From contig CM102290.1 in the NCBI GenBank assembly GCA_046563655.1, positions 2,666,001 to 2,730,000 on the forward strand: a DNA stretch of 64,000 nt. Direction: 5' to 3'. Within the stretch, counting starts at the first letter, position 1. Every line of letters begins with the position of its first letter. The notes under the pieces were generated by a model that was not told the DNA's origin, searched no databases, and saw nothing but the letters and a program-made list of their open reading frames with translations. This document shows, in pieces, positions 25,201-38,800 of this stretch. The stretch comes from Yuukianura sp. NJ FZ-2021 (Eukaryota). A program made the position numbers and the translations under genes.

Positions 25201-27134
25201 GACGCTGTTTACGAAGAATTTCCAACCGCGCAGTGTTGCGACCTTGATTTTAACGAATCTGCAATTGCAAAAGCAGATTCTTCCCATATGCATTATCATA
25301 AAAGTCAAGCATATAAAATACTTACGCCTTCGGAACCTCTGCAGTGTTGGTCTGGTTACGAACCTCAAAAACACGATTGCTGACCTTCCTAAATCGATAC
25401 CCATCTCTACAAAAATATATAGCTCCATCACTCCATGAATGTATTCCTCTGCTGATAAATAAAATGATATAATTACATTTTATCCTTGAGGTCTTCAGGA
25501 ATCTTGAACGGTTCTCTTTCCGGGACAAGTTTTACATCTGCGCACTTGGTAAACGCCGACATATGCCCAGTACACTCGTATCCAACTCCAGACCTATTAC
25601 AACAGAAGTGTTAGGGAACAGTTCAGGTTAAACTCACGGATGAAAGACTAGGCTAATTCGAAGTTGGAATATCAGGATGAACTTACTTGAACACATACTG
25701 TCCTTTACACAAGTCGCAACGTTTGAGAGCACCAAACACCATCACATCAATCAGACGCTCCAATTTCTAATTACAAATGTATTCAATTTAGTAAAACGAA
25801 AAGTTCGTGTGTAGCCACACATGGTGCAGTAAATAAATATTGCATTCCACACACTCTCTCCAAATTAAAATAAACTTACCGCGTCATTCCCCTTTTCATT
25901 GTCTTGTCCATTGAATTCCAGCAAGGTCGTTAAATCAGCACCCTTCAGTTCTTTTGCCTCTAATTTCTTGACGATGAGATCACGCAGGGCATAGATTACT
26001 CTGTTTTGCTTTCTCATCAATTCAATATCAACAGTATCTGGGAAAGTGGCCCCACGTTTTTCAGCAGACGGTGTCTCTGTCTTCGCGACTTTTGACGGAG
26101 GAGCTGCAGCGGTCTCATCTGATGCTTTTCTTTTCCTGAAAGTGAAGTTATCGTTAAATACTCACAATAAATATAAATATAATTACGGAGATATTACAGT
26201 TCCTCGGATTTCTGAGTTTGTAGTTTTTGTTCAAGAGATTTTTGATCTTCCGGGGCCAACTCTTTGAAGCCAGGCAGTTGTGCCATCGTTCCAGTGAATC
26301 CGATTTGTGATGACACCGTAATGAAACAATGCACATGATGATATCGTGGCTGGAATTTGATTACACAAAAGTAAGTCATTAAAATCTGAAATTCATCGTC
26401 AATAAGGTTAAGTAATGTATACACAATTATTATTAACTTACCACTGGTACACCACGCGTGGCAGCCACCTTCTCAGATGAATGATCCATCTTCCAAATCC
26501 TGACTTCCTTGTTTTGAATCTTTTGGTCACAGGCGATACAATTAGAGCGCCCTGACTTGGCATACTCCACGCCAAAATCTTCAACACTTCCTGACACTGC
26601 CCCAACATCACCTTTGGATGCCGAACCTCGCTTCTTTTTCCCACCACCCATCGCCGCCGTCTCTGGAGCAGCATTAGAACGTAAAGAAATGAATAGGTAA
26701 CTAATTATAAAACTAGAAGAACATAATTAAAACCTAAATTCATAGTTTTATGAGTGCTAAGCAACCAACCAGTTAATAGTATAAATCATACCACATTTGT
26801 TTCGAATGAGAGTCTGATCGTCCCATCTTAGAGCATCCAAATTCTGTATTAAGCCTGCGGTAGCTACTTTCTGAGTCTCAAAGAAGCATTCCGGATGGTA
26901 CCAGTGAGCATCCTTCCCGTCGTGGTGACGAGACTGAAAATTAAATAAGAACAAAAATTCAAATGCGGGTTGATTATACACCCTAGCTCGACTTGCGTTG
27001 TAGTAAAATGAGTTCAAGTAAATCGGGCTTACTGGAATCATTCGCGCAATGCGAAGTGATTGGTTGGGAATCGAATCTTTGCATTTCCTACAGCTTGCTC
27101 TCCCACTCTTGGCGTATTCAGCCGCGAACTCCAT
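22296..27134 (-). CDS. PARP1: Poly(ADP-ribose) polymerase 1, multi-exon, full domain set
   Basis: ZnF1 ([13 protein letters not shown]...WYHPECF), ZnF2 ([13 protein letters not shown]), Zn3 ([10 protein letters not shown]), BRCT-like region, WGR ([10 protein letters not shown]), regulatory domain (KMPLGKIS), catalytic WHGS...[21 protein letters not shown]...[14 protein letters not shown] with the H-Y-E triad intact. Confidence 0.97.
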
Positions 27135-27734
27135 TGTAAGGTAACGACGTGAGCTGCCAATTGGATGGTTTTACGGGAGTATCTCGAAACAAATCTAAAG
27201 CAAGTATTAGTGTCATTGTTAGTTACAAGAATCATTGTACGTTTTCTAAGTTTAACTCCGGTATTTTATCTAACCAGATTTAAGTACGAACCAGCATTGT
27301 TTGTTTTGGACACATGTAGGGACTGTTCTGAATATTTTGAGGTTAAGGGTTAGCAAAAGAAAAATTCGAAAAGAATTGGGACTAATCTACTGTCAGACTC
27401 CACAAAAGGCTTGGAACACTTTTATTCCTGCCAAGACATCTCACAAGCTATAAATGGCAATGGCCGAAATGATGAAGGTATGAACATAGCACGACAAAAC
27501 GTACAAGGTTAAATTATGTGTAGTAGTTCAATTCTGTTGTCTCTGGTCTGTCCAAAGTCAGATCAAATTTACCTGCTATTGATAGGGTGATACCATCCAG
27601 TGATTAAATTGTATGCCAGTGACCGGAAGTTAACCTTCAGTTTTGAACCGACCTATCGTCGCAGCTAAACCGAATCCCTCCGTGAGTTGAGTTGCAGTGT
27701 AATTTACTTGCGTCTACTTACCCCAACAAACAGC

Positions 27735-27910
27735 AAACGACAAATGATCGTCTGTCGTTCTCGTTCTCGCCTGTTTGCTCCTCTTTCCCTCCTCCTGTCC
27801 TACTGTTCCCGGCTTCAGTTGAATCAACAAAAAAAAAAACAAAGGATTGCTCTAGCGCACTCCCACTCTCACGCCCTTCCCCACTCTCTACACTAAACTA
27901 TTTAAAAGTA
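27735..27910 (+). promoter_or_regulatory. Putative promoter/first exon of the octopamine receptor gene, divergent from PARP1
   Basis: CT-rich tract followed by an arthropod Inr-like TCAGTT at 27815-27820. A downstream candidate non-coding exon spans 29031-29770 (TTTCAG acceptor, GTAAGT donor). Confidence 0.35.
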
Positions 27911-28312
27911 ATGAAGTTAGTTAATTAAGTTCACTCATGGATCATAAGTGCCAAAAAGTGAACTCGAATTCGCTTCAATTAACTTATTAGGCTTTTAGTT
28001 AAAATTTCAATTCTAGTCATAAAAGAAACTCTTACGGTAAAAACGGAGGTAACAATTTAAGTGCCCATTGATGCAAATGTGCTTCTATGCAGTGATGGAC
28101 GCGTGTACGACCACAAAGGCTTCGTCAGCCGCGGGTATTACCGAAAATCGGAGGGATCGCTGCGCTGATGCAGATGATTGCGGGCCTCACTTTTACCCGG
28201 GAAGATCAAAAAAGCGTCTTTTTTTTTAATTTGAGGCCTTACAGCTACGGTTTTTTTTTTACAAATGAAAACTGATTTTGAAAAATAAGTTATTCCAATT
28301 TAATACTAACTA

Positions 28313-28766
28313 CAGTGAATTCTATAAATAAGGGACATGAGCTCCTCCTCTTTCTCACTTTGACTCGAAGTCGCGGTACCGTAAAGTTTAAATTTTTAGG
28401 GGAACGTATGTTTCAGTTTATCGGCTTATTTTTTACGATTGTTTTTTTTTTGGTTAATTATTTTTGGTGCGAAACAAAAGTAATTAGATAGGTAATATAT
28501 GTAAAATATAATATATATATATATATATATATGCACAAACTGCGCAACTGCGCAGAAACTGCGCAACAGCGCACAAACTGCGCAACTGCGCAGAAACTGC
28601 GCAACAGCGCACAAACTGCGCAACAGCGCACAAACTGCGCAACAGCGCACAAACTGCGCAACAGCGCACAAACTGACCGTTTACTAGAAATCTTACGGTA
28701 CTGGGGGAGGCGCCTACTACCAATCCTCCAATAGTGATTTTTTTCCCTTATTTAGAGAATCCACTG
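28313..28766. mobile_element. pogo/Tc1-superfamily MITE with TA target duplication
   Basis: TA|CAGTGAATTCTATAAATAAGGGA ... TCCCTTATTTAGAGAATCCACTG|TA: 23-bp inverted repeats with 2 mismatches. Confidence 0.82.
28510..28676 (+). repeat. (TA)n microsatellite plus ~19/27-bp GC-rich minisatellite
   Basis: Repeats of GCACAAACTGCGCAACAGC and GCGCAACTGCGCAGAAACT directly after the (TA)n tract, inside the MITE. Confidence 0.95.
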
Positions 28767-31700
28767 TACTTCACTCTTGACAATTCGTAAATAATTAAGT
28801 TTCATTTTATAACCACTGTTATTTAAAAAAACCGTATTGCTTTTGAAAACATAGGCATAACATAAAATTCAAAATCGTTACTCTGATTGAGATGCCAATT
28901 GACGTGTGTCAGATTTCACTAAATTGATCGATTCTCTTTGCCGATTACGGCCTGGCATGGGTTCGACCTAACAGTAAAAGCATTCTCTAGAACAGTAGCA
29001 ATCAATGTGTTCACTTTGTTGAAATTTCAGGAAAAGTGAAGTGAAAGTGAATAGAGTGAAAGGAAGATGAAAAAATGAATGTTTCCTGAGTTAAGTCAAA
29101 GACAAAGGAAGTTCAAATTAAATCAAAGGAGAGCTCATTTGCCTCTCAAAGCACTTCCGTATCCTACAGTCATCTTTTACCAATAATACTTCATCAAAAT
29201 TTTAATTTCAATCAAATTCAACAAAATTCAATCAAAGTGAAAACTTCCCAGGATTCCAACTCTGATTTGCACACAAAAAAAAACTGCTCTTTCTAGTTCA
29301 AACGCAATTCAATTTTTCTAATCTGCCAAACAATCCGCCATTTTTCTAAGCAGCTCATTTTGAATTTTGCCAAAATTTCAAAACCATTTCATACTGTGTA
29401 TAAAGTACAAAAGTCTTTGCGTTGAAGATGGTTCCATTTAAGATTTTAGTCATCTTTTGCTTTCTCTCGTCATTCTTTTATGCTACGCCGCTCTTTGTGC
29501 TTTCATCTGCACATCAACAGAAGTGGTTCCTTTTCAAAATCCGATCAAAAACTGAAAACATGGCCTTTTGTGCTTTGGAATATCGAAGTTAAAGACTTCT
29601 TTCCAGTGTCAGTTGCTCGTCCAGAAACAATGAAGCTTTAAATCTTTTTATAGGTCTTTTGTGCTCAAAAATAGCTTACTCCAAAGTGCATTTCCGATCT
29701 AAAGTACACATCAACCCGGGATTTTGTCTCAGCCAAATGCAACGATTCCCACACACATCAGGCGGTTGAAGTAAGTCTAGCGTTCAAGAATTGTTCTCAG
29801 CCTCCAAAACTTAAATTTCAGACGACTTAAAACTAAAACAGAGGTAAAGCTGTTTTACGGAATCTTAAGAAAGCGACGCATTAAGTGTAGCTTAAAAACA
29901 TTTTTGTAAATATTTCACGCTTTGGAGATTTTTGAATTTACTTTCTACCTGTTTGTTTCCAATTTCCGAGGGAAAAAAAAACCTGTTGAAAACTAAGTAT
30001 TTTAAAACAATTTTTTTTCCGAACGGCTCTCGTGGCTTTCTTCAGACGCTTCTGATGTGCTTTACACTAACCCTTTACAAATTAGTTCCAATACTTGCCC
30101 TGTATCAGCAAAATTGTTGATCTCTTAGGAAATCTGATTAGTCGTCCCGTTAGCTTTCTCCTTACGCCAGCGTTCGGATTAAAAGCTCATGGACTTCATT
30201 TTCTAAGAGCCTCCCATGCCTATATAACTTCCTCTGTCGTCAACGTCTGCTTTCGGAGCGGTCCTTGTCGACTCTACAGGCAAATTCAGCGTTTTTTCTT
30301 CTATGACACCGAAAATAATTCAAGTCGTTCCGTGTAACACCCAACAGCAGGTTGAAAAGCTTGGAAGAGACAGAAAGGAAATGCTCATGACGCAGGAAGA
30401 TCCGATACGTCTGACGGTCCATGACAAGGCCACTTCGGATTCATGAATGTCCTTTTAATCACTGTCACTAATCCCCTCTTTAATTAGAACTTGTCAGTCG
30501 CCCTAGAACGACTTCCAGAAGTCCAACGTTTCACTGATTATTACAAAATTTAGACTGACTGAGGGAGGTTTGACTTTAAATCTGTCTAAAGTTTCTGTTA
30601 ATTCAACTGTTGGAATTCAAATGAGGCAAACTATTTCAAAAAACCTTGTTCCAAACAGAAATCATATTTACTCAGAACCAAACCTGGCACATATTAGCGA
30701 TTTGGGTTCAGTACTTTAACAATCATTCAGGGCTTTAGCCTTGACCTGGGAAATGAATCAATAGTACTAGATTTTTTGATAAAATATAAATAAATACAGT
30801 GTTTGTATTCCGAAATAGCAAGGCAAACAGACTTTGTTTTAAGTTAAACGCCGCTTAAGGTCAACACAGCCCCGTTGTTTACCTATTCGATACAACCTTT
30901 CCAACACATTTCGTCTACTCCAACTTTCCTTCTGTCAAAAAATGTTTTTAGTAGAGAGTTTGTTTTTAACGGGTTAGATTCTGTTTTTATTCGTAACAAA
31001 AACTCAAATGAACATTTTAAATGAATAAGAAAAGAGTATTATTTGTTCAAAAATACGGAATTGTCCAAAATTTGAGTTTGTTGCACCACTTTCTCCACAT
31101 TGTAGCGGAGTTTGGAGACTTTCTAGCGGAACATCACTTTTTTTAGCATTTCTAGGGCGGAAGATGAAAAGTGACCATTGATCACCTTTGGGCTTTTCTT
31201 GTAAGCCACTTGGGGAAAACAACAGAAAGACTATTGTAAAAAGTGAAGAGACACTTTCCTGTGGGTCCACTTGTCTTGTCCCACTTCGGTTCCTGGTTCC
31301 AGCTTATGTAGCTACCCATTCAAATTCGGATCTTTGGATTGAACGCAGGGAAGAGTTGTGGCTTGTGGCTTCGGAGGAAGCGCCTGTGCGCTTTGGCCAA
31401 ACACCACCACCGTCGTTGCCCCAGTTCAGCCAGACCCACCATCACCACGGCCAGTCGAAGCCTCAACTTGGAAGAACAGACACACAGTTCCCGAACCACC
31501 TTCAGCCAAACAGACGCTTCCTCGACATTCTTTGCAACACAAAGGAGCACCGACGCTGAAGCTCAGGATGAGCATTTCCTACCTTAACACTGAAGTTTAT
31601 GGTCCATGAATGGTTTAACCTTTGACCACAGCAACACTTATCGTCATCGTTATTGAAAATACTGTGACATCCAACCCCACCGGGAAACGTTTTTGCACAA

Positions 31701-32877
31701 AGGTCAAAACCAGAACAAAGTTTTGCACTGAACGCATGAACAATTGGAAGTCGCAACTGTGAGAAGTGTACTATTTTGACAATAAATGTGAAGAAGGGAT
31801 TGTTGTGTTTAATTTGGACTGAGCAATAGGCCAATTTTTTACCAGTGTTTTCCATTAACAAACTGTAGCCGGACTTCCCATCTTTCATCCATCACCTATT
31901 CTTCATTGTTGAATCCCTACACTTAATCACCTTCAACTTAAACCAAGAAGCCGCCTCACTTTTCCTTGATGGCAAAGTAAAGCGTGAGAACTGTTGTCCA
32001 TATAACCATTCTGCTATTTAATGGTCATCCTTGTCTTACCATAATTTCCTCCGGTTTGCTCAAATTACCATTCTTACACGTTCTTTTACAACTTACAACA
32101 AGGAATTGTTCCAAATCAGACCAATTGCATTCAAGACGCTGCTTCAACAAATTAGTAAGTGCCATCCATTTCCCTAATGAGTACTACTCAGTTACAGCAC
32201 TTCAAGCTTTGGCGGTACATGTGACCCAGCGGCGTAAGAACGAACAAACCCTGTGTGTTTGGAGGCCGTAGGGCCTGTCAAAAATGTCTTCAACAAAATC
32301 ACGTCTCGCTCGACTTTGGCGGCTTACTTACGAACACAAAATGAATCACTGAGCCCTGACCACTGCTATTCTTTGGATCAAAGGTGGGATTCCAGAAGAT
32401 CAACAAAACTACTCGTTGAGAAAGTGTGGAGGAAAGGATGATGGTGGCGGCAACTAGTAGTTGACTTCCTCGTTTGTTACAAAGTTAAGATTTCCTGGAC
32501 TCTATTTTCCTGGATTTTGGGTCCTGGAAGGGTGATTAGCCTCTCCCAAAGTTGTCAGCTCAGAAGACAGATTATTATTCTGGAGGAGGAGGGGGGAGCC
32601 TGGAAGGGGGCTCCAAAACATACAAAACGAATTAGACGAAGAGCGAGGAAGTGGAACAGAAGACTACAAGGGTGACAGTCTCTTTTTGGATTCATCTTCA
32701 TCAACTCTGGCCCCTTTGCGAGCCTTCGAACTACAAAGTTGACTAGGAAGGACGTCCTGAGTGACACCCCTGGGACAGGAAGAGGTGTTCCCTGTCTTTC
32801 TTCAGCAAAACTCGACTTGACCTAACGACCTTGATCTGTTTCTTTTTTTTATTTTGGAAAAACTACCTAAAGTAACC

Positions 32878-35800
32878 ATGGCCATGGTAATTTTCTGGAT
32901 TGCTCAGTTGATCGTTTTCGTGGCAGTGATTTTGTCTGCAATTCTAGGAAACTCTTTAGTCATTGTTGCTGTAATGAGAAATCGAAAACTACGAACTTGG
33001 ACCAATTATTTTGTAGTGTCCCTAGCTCTTGCAGATACGTTAGTGGCCCTCTGTGCCATGACATTCAATGCTAGTCAGACTCTGAACAATGGTGTCTGGT
33101 TATTTGACCAAGTGACCTGCGACCTCTGGAACTCCCTCGACGTCTACTTTTGTACAACTTCTATTCTTCATCTCTGCTGTATTTCTGTGGACCGCTACTA
33201 CGCCATTTGCAAACCGCTTCAGTATCCTCTTACCATGACAGCCAGAACTGTTCGCGTTATGCTCGGTAAGTAAAAAATTCATATTATATTACCATATAAA
33301 ACCGAAAAAGAATCCTGTCTTGATTTCTTTGAAAGTTGTTAGATTCTCTAATTCCCAAGAGAGGTACAAGACTAGAATTAAATCTCTTAGTTTTCAAATC
33401 GACTCGAGATGAATAGAGATTCAAACTCCAACTTTCCCCAAGCTATTCTCATGTTCCACTGCTCGTTCCCTACAAATCCGAATTGTTACAATTTGTCAAT
33501 TTTCTCACCGAATTCGGTGAACGAAGAGGCAGGTGAAAGCGGGCGTTTTGATTTGCATACTAACGAAGGACCCATTAAGGGAAGGAGGAGAGTCAAGGAA
33601 AACTGTAGGACTTCTCCCAGCTACGTCCTCTGAGAGTCATTACGAAAATTTAGCACATCCTTTGATTACTAGACTTTCTCCCTCCGGACACAAAAGGAAT
33701 CCTCCAAGAGAAACCCAGATTTCTACACTCAGCGTAACAAAAGTTCACGAAATTCCAAAACTTTAATTATTACCACTCCGATTTAGGCCTGAAAATGATT
33801 CAGACGCTCTGTTTTCAAAAAATGTCGCGTAAAACAGGAACTTTTAGTGAAAAATAAGAAGAACGAAGAAACAAAATTTTGTAGAAGAAAAGTTAATGCG
33901 GACATGGCAGTTTAATTAGGCAGTCTCCTTGCGTCACTTTCTTTCTGAAGCACGAATAGTACGTCAATGGTTTTGACTTCCGGGATTGTGTGTGTGTGTG
34001 ACTCTGTCAGTCAACTTTAGACAATCGATAGGAGTGACCTCTTCTTCCGATTGAAATTGACAGGTCAACCTATCTTGACAACTACATTTTCCGAAACGGG
34101 GTAGTTAGTATGTCAAACAGTTATACGAAAATACGCTAAGCTTCCTACGCTCCTGACACTTTCAATCCCTTCCGCCTCCAGGTTCAAAACAATTTTATTG
34201 AAAAAGTGTTCCCATCCGAAGGATTCAATCAAGCACTATCTCAAGTACCAAGGAAAAAGCGCGCCAAGAAAATGAAATTGAATCCCTTTTTTGCATCTAC
34301 TTTCCCCACAATTTTCTCTTTTGAATCACACACAAAACGACACACGTCAGACACATGCTACTGTCGTGACAATGACTGAGAATACGCTCTGGGACAGTTA
34401 GGCTCATTCAGAACAGTTCCCAAAACCCCCACATACAATGCTTGGTGGCAGAAATTTTTGAAAAACGGTTCAATTTATGAAGATGTTTCCTTTTGCAAAT
34501 TGGGCAAATCTTGTCTGAAACTTTCCAAATTGTTAATAAACTTGACTCAGAAATTTTCAATTGTGGTTTCCTTCAACCTTGATTTTGACTTTGGACTGGA
34601 GTGGTAAAGACGCATCAGGAATTGGGTTACCCATTACGCTTAAACTACTAAAAAGGAAAGTTGTAAACTTGAATAAGTGTGAGGGTGTTGTCATTAAGGT
34701 AAACGACATGACAATGGTGAAAAACACAACGTCGGTATACAATTTCAGCATAAAGGACCTAAGTTTCACTCTGCTAAATTCTGAAAAAAAAAATTCTCAT
34801 TTTCAATAAGAAAATGTCTACCTTTTAAGGGACGGGAAAACGTAAAACATGTTAAGAGTTAACGCAATCTACTTCAGTCTCCTCTGCATTTAAAAGCCAA
34901 ATAATCGTTAAATACATTTTTAGAAACAATTACAAAACTATATAATTTCCAGAAAATCTAATTAAATTTCCAGAAAATCTAATTACAAATTTATTCTGAA
35001 GTCTGCCTTTTCTAAATACATTTCTGAAGAATGCTGAGTTAAAATTACATTTTTAGCATAGAAGCTATGGTTATGGTTAAAACAATTCCAGGCCAGAATT
35101 TTATATTCCAGAAAATAGGAAATACTAGTTTTTCTGTCAAAATACTCAATTAAAGTAAACACTACTTTCGGAATTCGTTCGTTCAGAGGTTAGAAACCTA
35201 AAAAATAGCCTGAGTTTGAAATATTCTAAATTTGGTAACAGAAGTGATCCGCTGAAGGTTTAGGAAAAGAGTTTCTGACTCGATTCCATAATTTATGCTA
35301 TCCCACGCTTTCTCTGAATCTGGCATCAGTTTACCTTTTAAGTAACATCCATTCCCCTGGAGTTTACTGGCAGTCTGTAACCTATGGAAGTCTGCCCAAT
35401 AAAACTTCTCCCTTAAAAGAAGACTTGATTAGTTCAAGATCAGGATCCTTAAAAGTTTTCTCAAGGACGGAGATACCTTAAGTGGAGGTAAAAGGAACAC
35501 ACTTTTCCTATACTTTCTTTCTAATCTCCATGAATCTACAAACTTAAAAGCCTTTCCATGCAGTTTCCAATTCCACCTAGGAGAAAGCTTTCTTTGCCTA
35601 GCCTAGCTTAGCTCTACATGGTGTAGCACAATTTGTTCATACCGGGTCCACCTTGGTCACAGGTGACTAAAACTGGGAAATGCGGATACGGTGAGACTAA
35701 AGTCTCAAAACGCCCCGTCTCAACGACTTTAGGTCTAACAGGTTTTTCTGGGGCTTTGGCTTTCCGTTGCCAAATGATTTGCGGACGGTGGATATTAGAA

Positions 35801-38800
35801 AATAAATGAAAAAAGAAGAGAAATTGTGCTCGAGTACGGCAGGCAGTGTCTAGTCTTTTCTGGTTTTCTCTAGAATGGAAAATGGGCCTATTTTCTCCAC
35901 TTCCTCCTGCTCCACTTGGAGCTTTTTACAGCTTTTAAACCTAAACTCTTACAATCACTTTCGGTGGCTCAACGTTCTTTCTTGGCCAATAATATTGGCA
36001 AGAGAGAAGAGAAAGTCACTTTTCCAAATAAATGGGACTTGCACTTTTTTCTCTTTGGAAAAAAAGCAAAAAGAAAGTAAAAAAAATGAAAGAAAGTTGA
36101 TTGAAGTGTATTCTTTTGGGCACCGTGGTCCAATGACCTTTTCCTTGACCTCACCCTCCACTAAAACTTACAAGGCAAAACTAAAATGCTTCACTACTAC
36201 TTTTTTCTTTTAGTAGAACCTGCACAATGTAGTTTTTACTTTCCCAAACACTACCATCCCAAAGTTCATCTCTAAAAAGTAATCAGGTCAAAACAAAATC
36301 CAATAGTTGCAGGAAAAATCGTTTCTTTTTGAAAAAAAAATGAAGAGGAAACTCTTAAAGCTCGAGAAATTGAAAAAAGAAAATGAAATCCGCTCAACCA
36401 ACGTAACGAAAAAAAAAACCATCGGTGTAGAAAACCTTTACTGGGTAAAAGTTACAACACCGTAAGGTACTACGGAAGGTGTATACAGAAGAAGAGAATG
36501 GAAGAAATCTCTGAGGACATCTTTTCATACACACAAATTCAATTCAAAGGTAGCAAAGGAGACACGTTGTGTCTACTTTTCCCAGCGTTCGGCTCCAAGT
36601 ATTCAAAAGTATACAGAGTGAACAACTCCAACAGTTGAACAGGAAATTTCAAAGTTTAACTTTGTTCAAAAAACACAATTTCGAAAAAAAAATAAGTTTC
36701 CAAAAATGACGTTGAGCCTGTACTGACAGGGCAGGAGGCACTGGAGCATACATTGTGCTTTCTTATTTCCATCCTCTTGGATGAAGAAAGTAAATTCCAT
36801 TTTGGAGCAATGCTTTCTTCATTGAGAAATAGATTCAAATAGGCGCGCCTCCCTTCCTCCTCTTCCGTCCGAATATAAGATACGATCAGCATTTAGTTTT
36901 TGAAAAGTGAAATGAAAAATGAAAAACGAGAGTTCAATGCACAGAGTATGTCATCTCCCTGCATAAGGGCTGGGTGGGGTGCTCAACATAGTACGTCAGC
37001 AAGGTTGTTTAGAACGAAATTTTTGTTTGTTTTACGTAACAGGTTATATAATAACTCAGTTTTTCAAATTTTTAAACCACACATCTGACGCCGCTCCGTT
37101 GCTTTAGCAATTTGAAATGCAATTTGAAAACTATGACTAAGCAACGTGAAAATTTAAAGATTTCAAAAGGTTATCGTGAAAACAAAGTTGGTCCAAAAGT
37201 TATTTTTTGGTGATTTTAAAAAAATCGGAGTTATGGCATTACCTGCTAGCATATTTGTATAAATGGACGCTATAACCTTGGTACGTCAGCATGAATACAG
37301 GTACGACGAATTAGCGTTTCCAAGGAAACAACGCAACAGATTACCTGGCTCTGGGTGGTGGGATTTAGTACTAGAATTCCCCGAACATTGTTCGGGTTGC
37401 GTAGTATGTGAAGGGAAGCGTACTCGAAAAGTCAATAGACTTCCCTTGAAGCGTGTATTATTTAATAGGAACCAAGTCCTTTCATGCAAAATAACCCTGT
37501 TCATAAGTATGGCTACAAAGGGCTTTTTCCGTACTATGCAGCCTCCCCTTAATACAACTTTCTCTTTTTCTTCCTACCAAAGGACTCAGCAGAACTGTAC
37601 ATGATGTGAGGGGGGATAATGGTGGAGGGGGTGGTGGATTGGTGGGGTGGGTGGGCATTCCTTCCCACCTGCTCCACCTTCTCTCTGGGTGACATTCCAT
37701 GTTGCAAAGAGAAAGTCTTCCGAGCTCTAAGTTTAAGTTAGGTTAGGTTTGTGGTCTATTTGCTTTTGGAAATTGGGTGGATCACAGCCGTGAAGCAGCG
37801 GAAACGAGACACCCCACCCTCAGCACCCTTCCCGCCATACAGATCGTATGCCAAGGAATACCGTAATCTTTCAATAATAAAACAACTTCAAAATTCTTTC
37901 GCGCGTTCCACCTTCTCCGATTGGTGGAGAGTTTGTTATGTAGTGCTTCAACTTTCACCTTATTTGAAAAAAATGGGGGCCACCCTGTACAAAACTCCGG
38001 TATGGAAAAGGAAACCCATATTTGATATTTATTTATGGACCATAATTCTCTTGAGCAAATAGTAGACGAGAACTGAAATGGACCGGATTGAAAGAGCGGA
38101 TATCCAATGGAAAGTCAGTAAACAACTCAAAATGTTACAGGTTCCTTTCTTTTTCAAGTTTAGAAGGATCAACCTTTCCTTGGAACTTTACGGTACTTGA
38201 TCTTCCTTCCTACGACACCAAGCGGAAGGAGACGCATTGAGCATATGGATTTGAATAAAAAACCGTTGAAATTGAAAGCGACGATGACGATGAAGGTTCT
38301 GCCCAAGTTGTGTTTGGACGTACATCTCTGCCTTTTCTTATTTATGGATCTAGAGAGCCCTTGTAGTATGTATTGACTCGCTGACTTGGAGAAACTCCCT
38401 TCCCTTGCCTCATTGATTTAGCCATGAATAATTTGATTTCAATATCAATTTGACTCCAAGCTCCATCAGCCTATACAAAAGGCCCTTCACTTTCTCTTGC
38501 TCAAGAAATGGCTGAAAGTCAGTCTTTTTCCTCTTACCTCCACAAAACTTTTTTTTTGGTAAAGTTGGACAGGAATCGGATTTGGAACGTCAGATTTGGA
38601 ATCCCATGGAATCCCATTAGAACAGATTGAAAACGAATCTTCACTCCTACTTCTTTTTTATAACCGATAATATTTTTGTGCAATTTCATTCTTGGAACCA
38701 TCTTTAAAAAAGTTTTTCTTTTCAATTCTAATTCTTCACTGTTTTCTCTACTTTAGCTGCCATTTGGATTCTACCTGGAACTGTATCTTTTCTGCCCATC

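Noticed and set aside
28426..28734. Cys/Ala-rich repetitive ORFs in several frames
   Set aside because: Translations of the minisatellite.
31188..31888. Overlapping 76-128 aa ORFs upstream of the receptor
   Set aside because: No recognisable motifs, non-ATG starts and no splice path into the receptor frame; probably UTR or intron.
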